Positions 37,886 to 46,495 of a stretch of 64,000 nt of DNA are shown piece after piece (position 1 is the first letter of the stretch; every line of letters begins with the position of its first letter). Both the position numbers and the translations under genes were made by a program. This stretch comes from Candidatus Latescibacterota bacterium (GTDB lineage Bacteria > Latescibacterota > UBA2968), in assembly GCA_965207885.1 (NCBI GenBank), contig OZ242311.1:1472001-1536000 (forward strand), in the 5' to 3' direction. The notes beneath the pieces were generated by a model. That model searched no databases. It worked only from the letters and a program-made list of their open reading frames with translations, and was not told where the DNA came from.

Positions 37886-38062
37886 TTACAATAACGCTTC
37901 TCTACCAAACGTCTCAATATGGAACTGAATGGCAGATTTTACATCCGCCAAAGCCTCTTCATAAGTATCTCCCTGCCCAACAACAATCCCCTTCAAACCG
38001 AGCGGATACCCCACATAACCATCGGAATATCTTTCAACGATAATTCTAAAATTTCTCACCAT
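37886..38062 (-). CDS. hicB: HicB-family antitoxin, 58 aa, possibly C-terminally shortened
   Basis: Below the track cutoff; hand translation MVRNFRIIVERYSDGYVGYPLGLKGIVVGQGDTYEEALADVKSAIQFHIETFGREALL; GAGG RBS. Confidence 0.8.
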   Translation of the reverse strand: MVRNFRIIVERYSDGYVGYPLGLKGIVVGQGDTYEEALADVKSAIQFHIETFGREALL

Positions 38063-38070
38063 ATCTTCCT

Positions 38071-38238
38071 CTATATTCCCAATTCAGCACGCACCTCTAA
38101 GCACTCTTTGATCGCTTCCAACACATTCTTCTCGGCTTCTTCCTCAGTCTTACCCTGGCTCACACACCCCGGAATTGACGGACATTCCGCGATATATACA
38201 CCATCCTCATCTGTATAAATCGCAATCGTGAATTTCAT
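38071..38238 (-). CDS. hicB: HicB-family antitoxin, 55 aa
   Basis: Hand translation MKFTIAIYTDEDGVYIAECPSIPGCVSQGKTEEEAEKNVLEAIKECLEVRAELGI; AGGAG RBS. Confidence 0.88.
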   Translation of the reverse strand: MKFTIAIYTDEDGVYIAECPSIPGCVSQGKTEEEAEKNVLEAIKECLEVRAELGI

Positions 38239-38247
38239 CTGAGTCTC

Positions 38248-38442
38248 CTATCTCTGTACCGTTGCAGCGTATTCCAAAACACCATTCACGTCTTCAACCG
38301 TTAGTATCGGATACGCCTCCGCGATTTCCTGGGGTGACATATTACGCACGAGCAAGCCTAAAATATGTTCAACACTCAATCGCGTACCATCAACAACTGG
38401 TTTACCACCCAAAATACCTGGATCTGAAATAATTTCCCTCAT
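38248..38442 (-). CDS. DUF433-domain protein (antitoxin-like)
   Basis: IISDPGILGGKPVVDGTRLSV...EIAEAYPILTVEDV...LEYA. Confidence 0.9.
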   Translation of the reverse strand: MREIISDPGILGGKPVVDGTRLSVEHILGLLVRNMSPQEIAEAYPILTVEDVNGVLEYAATVQR

Positions 38443-38521
38443 GTTTTATCCCGGATTCAATCTTTTTTAACACCTTAAAGCGATGCTTTTGCCACAAAGA
38501 AAAGCTCATTGGTAGAATCAA

Positions 38522-38848
38522 TCATCGTTTGCTTCGCTCAAGTTTTGCTATATTTATATCCTCAGCAAATGAGGGTAAAAGTGAGCAGCCCGGATGGTCA
38601 GGATAACCCGGATAGCCCGGATAATCTGGAGAATCCGAATGGCCAGGATACCCTCGATACGGTCTATTTTTGAATCTGTAAAGCCGATCACTTTCGATAG
38701 TCCCAAGGTACTCTCCACTGACGTCAACAATCTCCAGGTCTCCCCAGGGCAACCAGCCGAGCCAATTGCCGTCTGTATCAAACACAAATTCGCCCTTGCG
38801 AAAGGCAATCCAATCACCGTAAGAGTTAAACAGATATTGTACAGACAT
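38522..38848 (-). CDS. Small beta-repeat protein (4-fold beta-flower-like) with YPG-repeat tail
   Basis: Repeated units LFNSYGDWIA / VFDTDGNWLG / IVDVSGEYLG, then RGYPG...YPGYPGYP; start ATG 38848 with GGAG upstream. Confidence 0.65.
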   Translation of the reverse strand: MSVQYLFNSYGDWIAFRKGEFVFDTDGNWLGWLPWGDLEIVDVSGEYLGTIESDRLYRFKNRPYRGYPGHSDSPDYPGYPGYPDHPGCSLLPSFAEDINIAKLERSKR

Positions 38849-38905
38849 AGCGAATCTCCCCAATTCCTACCTTATGGACGTTTATGGTCACACAACCTGT
38901 AACTT

Positions 38906-39811
38906 CTAATTAAAACCCGGATATATGCCGCCTTTTCTGGGACTGTAAGGCAAAAATCGGGGATCATAATAAACCAAAGGCATTTTATTGTGAACATCGG
39001 TCTTAATCACTGCGGTTTTACCAGAATCTCCAGTTGTATTACTTATAGCGAAATCATCCTCTCCAATATAACCTACTTTGATTTCCCACAGCCAGGCTGT
39101 GTTTCCTCTATTTTCTTTTCCTCTAATAAAATTACCCTCGCGATCTCCCAAGACATATCTAAAGGTTATATACACACCGGCCTTAGGCAAATGTCCCTTG
39201 GGCTTGTTACTTTCTAAAGCCATTTTCAATTCTACATCTACGGCGGGTGCTTTGAGTGGCAATAAATCGGGATATGCATGAGGACGATTACGCCTATACA
39301 GTCCCTCTGATGATTTTGCTATACCACTTCCAAGCAAATTTCCCAACATAGATGAAAAATTTGCGAGTTCGACTAATTCTGCAACCACAGGTGATTGAGA
39401 GGATATTAATTTTCGGTCAATAGTATCTAATACGCCATAAGCATACTCAACTGCATCAAGTAACACACTGCCCTCAATACCCATTAATTCTAACAGGGTT
39501 TGTTCATTTCTAATATTTAATCTATTAGGCTTTCGCGGCTTTAGAAATTCAGAATATTTAGAATTTTCCTCTGCTGAAATCAGCTCAGCCATTTGCACCA
39601 AATCTGATAGTGAAAATCCCAGAGCATGGGCAATTTGATTAGCCACTTGAATGGTGGGTACACGCTCGCGCCGTTCTAATAGCCCTACCATTGTTCTATG
39701 AATACCTGCTTGTTCGGCTAATTGTTCAAGAGTCAACCGCTGTTCTATGCGAACAGCTTTTATTATAGCAAGAAAATTTTGGATAACTGAATCCAATCGA
39801 TTTTGATCCAT
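38906..39811 (-). CDS. XRE-HTH (controller-like) domain fused to a PD-(D/E)XK restriction endonuclease-like domain
   Basis: N-terminal RIEQRLTLEQLAEQAGIHRTMVGLLERRERVPTI (C-protein-like HTH); C-terminal YPDLL...DVELK; divergent from a C5 MTase; visibly AT-rich. Confidence 0.75.
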   Translation of the reverse strand: MDQNRLDSVIQNFLAIIKAVRIEQRLTLEQLAEQAGIHRTMVGLLERRERVPTIQVANQIAHALGFSLSDLVQMAELISAEENSKYSEFLKPRKPNRLNIRNEQTLLELMGIEGSVLLDAVEYAYGVLDTIDRKLISSQSPVVAELVELANFSSMLGNLLGSGIAKSSEGLYRRNRPHAYPDLLPLKAPAVDVELKMALESNKPKGHLPKAGVYITFRYVLGDREGNFIRGKENRGNTAWLWEIKVGYIGEDDFAISNTTGDSGKTAVIKTDVHNKMPLVYYDPRFLPYSPRKGGIYPGFN

Positions 39812-39866
39812 TCAACAATCCCTTAGATGATTTATGAAAAGTATCAGGATATGAGCAATAAAAACC

Positions 39867-39898
39867 TTGACAGCTTCTAAAAAAGAGACTATAGTCTC
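39867..39898 (+). promoter_or_regulatory. Sigma70 promoter of the MTase with a C-box-like palindrome over the -10
   Basis: TTGACA(39867-72)-N17-TATAGT(39890-95); perfect 14-bp palindrome GAGACTATAGTCTC at 39885-39898. Confidence 0.75.
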
Positions 39899-39932
39899 CA
39901 CCGAGCATCAACCTTTCTCAGGAGACCTAATT

Positions 39933-41087
39933 ATGAAGCAAGCCAAAATTTTCGATCTTTTTTGTGGCACGGGTGGTTTTTCAAAAGGTTTTGAAAAGGT
40001 TGTCGATATTCAATATCAAACTGTTTTGGGTGTAGATTTATTACCTATTGCTGTTGAAACTTTTTGTTTTAACCACCAAGAAGCCTTTGGGATATGCAAA
40101 GATATACGAACCTTGAGAAGGACGGCCGTTTCTGACATGCTAAAAATTAAAAGGGGAGAATTGGACTTAATTATTGGCGGTCCTCCTTGTCAAGGATTTT
40201 CTTCTATAAGACCTTTTCGCTCGTGTCAAGAGGACGATCCAAGAAATTCACTATTTGAGGAATATGCTTCATTTGTAAACTTTTTTCGGCCTAAAGCATT
40301 TGTATTAGAAAATGTTATCGGTTTGGCAACGCATAAAAAGGGTTCTACAATAGAAATGATGGAGGAATGTTTCTATAAAATTGGATATGAATGCGACTGG
40401 AAAATTCTCAATACTGCTCATTTTGGCATTCCTCAGAAACGAGAACGATTGATATTTATAGGCGTCGTCAAAGGAAATATGCCCAAATTTCCTGTACCAA
40501 ATTACCAATATAAAGGAGCGACTATCGGTCATAAAAAGAAATCCAGAATGCTTTTACCAAAGGAGCCTGATCTTTTTATAAAATCAGAATTGAACCCTGC
40601 AATAACCGTTGTGGACGCAATTGATGATTTGCCTCCCGTTGAATCTGGCGAGAAAGCCACAGTATATGTCAACAAACCAAGAACGGAATATCAGCGTACA
40701 AGAAGAAATGGAACCAAGCTATTAACACTTCATGAAGCGACCAATCATTCTAAAAAAATGCTCGAAATAATACGTCACGCGGGTAAAAATATCAATTCTA
40801 TTCCCAAACATCTAATAAGTAGTGGGTTTAGTTCTTGTTATTCAAGATTGGATGCAAATGAACCTGCGGTAACGATAACGGTCAATTTTGTTCATCCAGC
40901 ATCTAATAGATGTATCCATCCCCTACAAAACCGCGCTCTTACACCCAGAGAAGGCGCACGCCTACAATCCTTTGATGATGATTTCATGTTTGCAGGTACT
41001 CGCTCACAAATCGTCAAACAAATAGGAAATGCAGTTCCACCTCTGTTGGGACAGCGCATTGGAGAAGCATTAGCTCCCGTGTTTTAA
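39933..41087 (+). CDS. DNA (cytosine-5)-methyltransferase
   Basis: Motifs I DLFCGTGG, IV GGPPCQGFS, VI ENV, VIII QKRER, IX REGARLQSF and X QIGNAVPP; start ATG 39933 after GGAG. Confidence 0.96.
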   Translation: MKQAKIFDLFCGTGGFSKGFEKVVDIQYQTVLGVDLLPIAVETFCFNHQEAFGICKDIRTLRRTAVSDMLKIKRGELDLIIGGPPCQGFSSIRPFRSCQEDDPRNSLFEEYASFVNFFRPKAFVLENVIGLATHKKGSTIEMMEECFYKIGYECDWKILNTAHFGIPQKRERLIFIGVVKGNMPKFPVPNYQYKGATIGHKKKSRMLLPKEPDLFIKSELNPAITVVDAIDDLPPVESGEKATVYVNKPRTEYQRTRRNGTKLLTLHEATNHSKKMLEIIRHAGKNINSIPKHLISSGFSSCYSRLDANEPAVTITVNFVHPASNRCIHPLQNRALTPREGARLQSFDDDFMFAGTRSQIVKQIGNAVPPLLGQRIGEALAPVF

Positions 41088-41124
41088 GGGTTGACCACAG
41101 TGCAAGCCGACCGGTTTGTTTTCG

Positions 41125-42219
41125 CTATTCCAACCCCATCATCACCTCGTGCAACCGTCTCGCCACAATCACATACTCCCCCTGCTCCATCATATAGGGC
41201 ATCACCTCCACCCCATTGTCATGGGTGAACATCTCAATCCGCGGATCGCCATCTGACAACTGTTGCTGGACCTCCTCTGGCGCAATCGGCAAAACTGTCT
41301 GATCCCAGTGAACCTCCAGAATCGGCGCCACATTAGACCGCCCGGGGTCTCGCACCCGTCTCGTCACCGACGGCAAATCCGCAACCGCACTGCCAATCAC
41401 CTGCAACCATTGCTCCCACTCTGCCCACTCGGCATCGTGATCGCGCTGCACCCACTTCTCCACCGCAGCCAGCAGCCCCATCACCTCCTCCTTACCCGCC
41501 TTCATCGCCCGCCCCAGCGAATGATGCGGCGCGCCATTGGCAAACGCCGCCTGCAAAATATCCTTTCGCCCCAGCACTAGCCCCGACGACTGGGGACCCC
41601 GCAAACACTTGCCCCCGCTATAAGCCACAACATCTGCACCCGCTTGCAAATACGCATTGGGCACATCTGGCCGCTCTGCCGCAGCATCCACAAATACCGG
41701 CACACCCTTGCGATGGCAAATCGCCACCACATCCTCAAGCGGAATATCGCTATGATCCGTTTGATCCCCAAAAAACGCAAACATCGCCGTGCGATCATCA
41801 ACCGCCAAAGAAAGTGCATCGTGATCTTCCACCTCCACCATCTCCACCCCCGCCGCCCGAATCGCATGCGTATAAATATGCAAATGCCCCGGCTGGTACA
41901 ACACCCGATTCTTCATCCCCGTCGTATCGGGCAATTGTTTGATCTTATCCGGATCATCACCCGCCACACACGCCGACGTCACCTGCGTCAGCGCCGCCGC
42001 GCATCCATTTGTCACCAGCCCCCACTCGCACTGCATCAACTCGGCAATACGCGCACCCACCGCATCCATCAACTCATCCAAATGCACATACGCCTTTGCC
42101 GCCTCCATCATCGCCTCGCACACCTCTGGCAACATCAGCGAACCACTGATAATCGTATATGTCCCACGGCAGTTAATCAACGGCCGCACACCAATTGAAC
42201 GATAAGTAGGAACAGTCAT
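41125..42219 (-). CDS. SelA-like PLP-dependent enzyme (DgaE/D-glucosaminate-6-P ammonia-lyase-like)
   Basis: INCRGTYT..SGS, VDAAAE, YSGGKCLRGPQSSG and GRAMKAGKEE; 364 aa, lacking the SelA N-terminal domain. Confidence 0.8.
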   Translation of the reverse strand: MTVPTYRSIGVRPLINCRGTYTIISGSLMLPEVCEAMMEAAKAYVHLDELMDAVGARIAELMQCEWGLVTNGCAAALTQVTSACVAGDDPDKIKQLPDTTGMKNRVLYQPGHLHIYTHAIRAAGVEMVEVEDHDALSLAVDDRTAMFAFFGDQTDHSDIPLEDVVAICHRKGVPVFVDAAAERPDVPNAYLQAGADVVAYSGGKCLRGPQSSGLVLGRKDILQAAFANGAPHHSLGRAMKAGKEEVMGLLAAVEKWVQRDHDAEWAEWEQWLQVIGSAVADLPSVTRRVRDPGRSNVAPILEVHWDQTVLPIAPEEVQQQLSDGDPRIEMFTHDNGVEVMPYMMEQGEYVIVARRLHEVMMGLE

Positions 42220-42233
42220 AGTCGCCCTCCACA

Positions 42234-43643
42234 TCAGGCAAAATAGCGCGTGTACAAAATATAAATAGCCAGACCAATCATCAGCAAAAAACAGAACCAC
42301 AACAGCAAATCCGTCTTCAAAGACGGTTTCAGGCGCTGATCGAGATGTCTATAGCGCAAATACAGCGTCCCTGCGGCAATCAGAGGAAACTTAATCGCCC
42401 CAAACAAATGCCCGATAGTCAGCATCCAAACCGGATTTTGAAAAAAGAAATACGCCAGAGAAGTCACCAGAGGGGAAACCACCGCCCAAATGCGCAAAAT
42501 GCGAACCCGGGTCTTGTAATCATTGCGCTCGATCAAACCCATCACAGACATCCCATCCGCAAAAATGCGTACCCCACCGCCCAGACCGGATATCGCCGTT
42601 GAATAAAGCACAAAAAAAGCACCCACCATAAACAACCAGAACGCCCATTCGCCAAGGGTCTGCGTGTACATATTGGAAAGCACCGGAATCGTCTCCAGAC
42701 CATCGGGTTGTTTATTGAGCCGATACAACACACCCGCGCCCAGCATATAAAACGGAATCGTCGCACAGGTCAGCAAGCCCAGTGTCAAAAGCACATCGGT
42801 TTGCATCACCCGAATCCATCCCCTCGCGCGCTGAACCCAGGCATTGGACTGATCTGCCGGTCCAGAAAAACGCGCATAGCCCTTTTCCACACACCAATAC
42901 GTATAGGCCATCTGTTCGCCCGAACCCACCCCGGTACCGCCATACATCGCCAGTGCCGCCAGCAGCGCAAAAGCCGGAAAACCAAACGTCAGCCCACCGC
43001 GCACCTCTTCCCAGGTAATCGCGTATTCGGTTAGCTGCAACAAAACAGCACAGGCGATCGTAATAAACGTAAACATAACAACCAGAACCGTCATCAGCCT
43101 TTCGAGAAATCGATACGTCCCGGTCAGAATAATCACAGACGCCGTACCAGCCAGAATAACCGTCCACCACTCCGAACCGAGAGAAGGCAGCGCCATGTGA
43201 ATCGCCTGACCAGCACCCCCGTAAATACCACCGCTGATCAACTGCCCGGGAATAATCCAGAGCAACCAAAAATAGATGTACCACGACACTTTCCGCCCGT
43301 TAAACGCGGGTAACTTTCCGGGCAATCGGTTAAAAGCGTGCAAAAAAGGTTCGCCAGAAGCAACCGAAAAACGCGCCAGTTCTGCCTGAACAATATTCTT
43401 GCTCCAGCAACTCACAAGCACAAACCAGAGCATTGAAAATCCAACAATAGAACCCAAATTCGTCGTCAGAATAATCTCACCAGAACCCACCACAGATCCC
43501 ACGAGAATCAGCCCTGGACCGAGAAACTTCAGCGTACTGCGAAGCCCTTGAGGGGGCTCCTGAACGGCCCGTGGATCCAGCGCGTAGAGATCTGGATTTT
43601 CATCTTCTCCCGATGGTTGCACAGTTTTGGATTCTTCCGGCAT
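42234..43643 (-). CDS. Nramp-superfamily (YcsG-like) transporter
   Basis: LGPGLILVGSVVGSGEII and YTYWCVEKGY; about 11 TM; lacks the canonical DPGN motif. Confidence 0.8.
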   Translation of the reverse strand: MPEESKTVQPSGEDENPDLYALDPRAVQEPPQGLRSTLKFLGPGLILVGSVVGSGEIILTTNLGSIVGFSMLWFVLVSCWSKNIVQAELARFSVASGEPFLHAFNRLPGKLPAFNGRKVSWYIYFWLLWIIPGQLISGGIYGGAGQAIHMALPSLGSEWWTVILAGTASVIILTGTYRFLERLMTVLVVMFTFITIACAVLLQLTEYAITWEEVRGGLTFGFPAFALLAALAMYGGTGVGSGEQMAYTYWCVEKGYARFSGPADQSNAWVQRARGWIRVMQTDVLLTLGLLTCATIPFYMLGAGVLYRLNKQPDGLETIPVLSNMYTQTLGEWAFWLFMVGAFFVLYSTAISGLGGGVRIFADGMSVMGLIERNDYKTRVRILRIWAVVSPLVTSLAYFFFQNPVWMLTIGHLFGAIKFPLIAAGTLYLRYRHLDQRLKPSLKTDLLLWFCFLLMIGLAIYILYTRYFA

Positions 43644-43683
43644 ATACCCTCCCTTTGAATTGGCTTATCCCGCAAAAACAAAA

Positions 43684-43772
43684 AGCCACCCGGTATGCAC
43701 AGCGCATTTTCAGGCAGTCCCATGCCATTGGCACTACGGAAATCGTTCTGTGCGTGCGACTTGCGGGTGGTT
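43684..43772. other. Long imperfect hairpin of about 90 nt in the infA-nramp intergenic region
   Basis: Nested pairings AGCCACCCG/CGGGTGGTT, GTATGCACAG/CTGTGCGTGC, ATTTTC/GGAAAT and AGT.CCA/TGG.ACT. Confidence 0.55.
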
Positions 43773-43795
43773 ATTTACATATCGATTTTGGATAT

Positions 43796-44104
43796 TTAAC
43801 GGCGGCGACGCGACCTGCTGCGTCCACCGCGACCGGGACGCCTGCTCCCGCCTCCTTGCGTGCTCGGAGGGGGTGGCCCACCTGTTCCGGAATCGCGGAA
43901 TGTAATGCGCCCCCGGTTCAGGTCATAAGGAGAGGTCTCAATCGTGACGGTATCGCCCACAACAATGCGAATATTAAAACGGCGCATTTTGCCCGACGTA
44001 TAACCGAGAATCTGATGCCCTCCTTCAATCTCAACCTTGTATTGCCCATCGGGCAAAATATCGACAATCGTTCCTTCCAGTACAACTTTTTCTTCTTTTG
44101 CCAT
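43796..44104 (-). CDS. infA: Translation initiation factor IF-1 with Gly/Pro/Arg-rich C-terminal extension
   Basis: MAKEE...EG...SGKMRRFNIRIVVGDTV.IETSPYDLNRGRITFR; GGAGG RBS. Confidence 0.95.
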   Translation of the reverse strand: MAKEEKVVLEGTIVDILPDGQYKVEIEGGHQILGYTSGKMRRFNIRIVVGDTVTIETSPYDLNRGRITFRDSGTGGPPPPSTQGGGSRRPGRGGRSRSRRRR

Positions 44105-44264
44105 ATAACCTCCAACTATGGGATGGATAAACTCGTACCTTACACGATTTGGGATGCATTGAGCTAAAAATAAAGTCTTTCAATTAAGATATGAGAGAAA
44201 ATTTATGTTCACAAGTATTTTTGACACGCGGCTAATTTCCAAATTTTGCACACGATCGCACAAC

Positions 44265-45455
44265 TCAAAAAAGGCGATAACTCAGGGCAAGAAGAAGACT
44301 CTGTCTGAATGGCGAACCTTCTTCTTTCGAAATTTGCTCAATAGCCGTCAAGCTAATTCTGTTTTCGATAAAAAATGTGAAACTGATATTTGAAATATGT
44401 CTAAACCTCGCATCTTGATCGCGTTTTTTGTTGATGTGGAGTGTATTGGAGCTCACAAAGGCAATTCTGTTGGTAATTTCGTAAATAAAATCGACATTCT
44501 GCCGGATATTATACTCTCGCCTAAAATAGTCTCTCTTGAATGGCGTATCCCATTTGAAATCCGTATTGACCTGTATCTGCCAACTGATAGGTCGGGAATA
44601 CCGCACATTAATGGCTAAAGCTGGGGGAGGACGTTCTATGTCTTTAGACCTGGTCTGCACTTCATACTGAACCCCCGCATTGACATCCCAACCAAAAAAC
44701 CGGTCGCTGATCTGCTCCTGAGTAAGTACCTCGCGCATGCGAAAGAGGCCAACAGGACCGATATTGCCGCCCCCGGTCACAAGACCGGTTTTGTCAATTT
44801 CACTGCTCATATCTTCGTACCAGTAGTGCAGATAGGTACGATCGCCGTAGATATTGCGATACTCATCTTCTTTTTCAATAATTTGCCCAAGTGTGATCAT
44901 CGTATCTCTTGGTAGGAAATCGCTAATAACGCCTTCTTCAAACAAAAAGTCTTCAATACGCACGGCTTTGCGCAGGGCAGTGGCATTGATAAATCGACCA
45001 TAACCAAGACCTAAAATGACATCACTCTGCGGACGATCAAAGCCCTTACGCATCAACGCATCGGGACTGACAAAATAGAAAAACTTATGGGTTTCTCGAA
45101 AATACTTTTGAACCTGTATATCGAGATTCATGTCATAAGTACCCGTACGCTCAGAATCTTCAAATGAAAATTGGCGAAAATATGAGGCCGAACTGAGCGC
45201 GTCGATAAAATATGCAAACGGCAAGGAACTGTAGAACTTCTTGTACACAAGGCCGATTTCGCCCTGTTCGTGTATAACTTCTTTGCCCTCGGTCGTCAAA
45301 TTAAAACTCAACACATCAATGCGTAGATTATCCACCCGACTCACCGGCACTTTGTAGTCAGTGACCGAAACATTTTGTGCCTTTGCCGGTGCTGTAATCA
45401 GCAGCATTGCAATCATACAGCAGACAAGTGCCTTTAATAGATATTGTGCATCCAT
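44265..45455 (-). CDS. Hypothetical outer-membrane beta-barrel protein
   Basis: Signal peptide ending APAKA-Q, GYGRFINAT motif, alternating beta-strand pattern and terminal LSYRLF. Confidence 0.7.
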   Translation of the reverse strand: MDAQYLLKALVCCMIAMLLITAPAKAQNVSVTDYKVPVSRVDNLRIDVLSFNLTTEGKEVIHEQGEIGLVYKKFYSSLPFAYFIDALSSASYFRQFSFEDSERTGTYDMNLDIQVQKYFRETHKFFYFVSPDALMRKGFDRPQSDVILGLGYGRFINATALRKAVRIEDFLFEEGVISDFLPRDTMITLGQIIEKEDEYRNIYGDRTYLHYWYEDMSSEIDKTGLVTGGGNIGPVGLFRMREVLTQEQISDRFFGWDVNAGVQYEVQTRSKDIERPPPALAINVRYSRPISWQIQVNTDFKWDTPFKRDYFRREYNIRQNVDFIYEITNRIAFVSSNTLHINKKRDQDARFRHISNISFTFFIENRISLTAIEQISKEEGSPFRQSLLLALSYRLF

Positions 45456-45529
45456 GGTCAGCCTCCGCGTTGTGCTATTTGTCAGGCCAGCAGGTTGTCC
45501 CCAAAATGAACGAGCCTGATATCCGTTCT

Positions 45530-46495
45530 TCATTCTGTATTCCCCGGGTTCTTTTCAACTGTGGGCCTTGGAATAATGAAAATAATATCATCGTAATCCG
45601 CTGCGACAACCGTCCCCGTATTATCCGAATCAGTAAGCAACCCCACATAATCTACCGGACGGGGATCACCACCAAAAAGACGCCGATAGTCTTGATATGC
45701 ATTCACCTCTTCCCAAACCCATTTTCCCAGATCGTCTGTACCGCTGCGCAACACAATCATATGTTGTCTGCTACTCGAAATAACCGTGCCCTTGGGAAGT
45801 GTTGCACTCCAAATATATTTGAGTGATTTGCCCGCCAGAGGATTCAAAGAACTCTTTCCTATGATCAGACGTACCGCAGCGGCACTGTCATTTTTGTCGC
45901 CGTCGGTTTCATCAGACCCCTCGGGCAAATCGTGTACCCGCCATCGCCAGCGCAATTTCTGGAACAAACGCAAACTTGCTTTGCGTTCTCTGCCGCGATA
46001 CGTGAGCTTTGCTTCTCTCCCAAAATTTACGGCACTACCTTTTGTTTTCGCGCTCAGATAATGATTATCAACTTCTCTTAAAATCCGATAGTAAACATCT
46101 TCTTTTTTTGTTTTGCTATATCGCCAGCCCGATATCCCCTGCCATATCTTGTCGGGATAAGAATTCAAAAATTGAGGATAATCAAAGGTATCGAGAACAC
46201 TGGTGGAATCACCCGCAGGCGTGACCCAGTGAGCAGGAGGCTGCGAAGGATCTGTTATCTCAAGTATTGTCGAGGGATCGTGACCTGGCCTGAGCGGATC
46301 GGCCATTGCAGGATCAACAGCCGTAGAATCAACAAATACAGAGACAACCGGTTGGACACCCGTAGAATCGGGACCGGCAGCAAAGCATATGCTGTATCTA
46401 AGATCAATAACAAATACCACGAGCAGGCACAGCCTGAGAGCCATGTTTATCAAATACATGCTGATAAAGTCAGTATGGGAACGCAATCCCATCAT
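45530..46495 (-). CDS. DUF3047-domain secreted protein
   Basis: LRWRWRV..LP, LKYIWS, WVWEEVNAYQDYRRLFG and LLTDSDNT; start uncertain (46495 or 46444). Confidence 0.8.
   Translation of the reverse strand: MMGLRSHTDFISMYLINMALRLCLLVVFVIDLRYSICFAAGPDSTGVQPVVSVFVDSTAVDPAMADPLRPGHDPSTILEITDPSQPPAHWVTPAGDSTSVLDTFDYPQFLNSYPDKIWQGISGWRYSKTKKEDVYYRILREVDNHYLSAKTKGSAVNFGREAKLTYRGRERKASLRLFQKLRWRWRVHDLPEGSDETDGDKNDSAAAVRLIIGKSSLNPLAGKSLKYIWSATLPKGTVISSSRQHMIVLRSGTDDLGKWVWEEVNAYQDYRRLFGGDPRPVDYVGLLTDSDNTGTVVAADYDDIIFIIPRPTVEKNPGNTE

Noticed and set aside
41125-42219. True selenocysteine synthase selA
   Set aside because: Too short, lacks the N-terminal tRNA-binding domain, and no selB/selC/selD is nearby.
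43684-43772. yybP-ykoY Mn riboswitch, SRP RNA or SECIS
   Set aside because: The diagnostic motifs were not seen; kept only as an unnamed hairpin.
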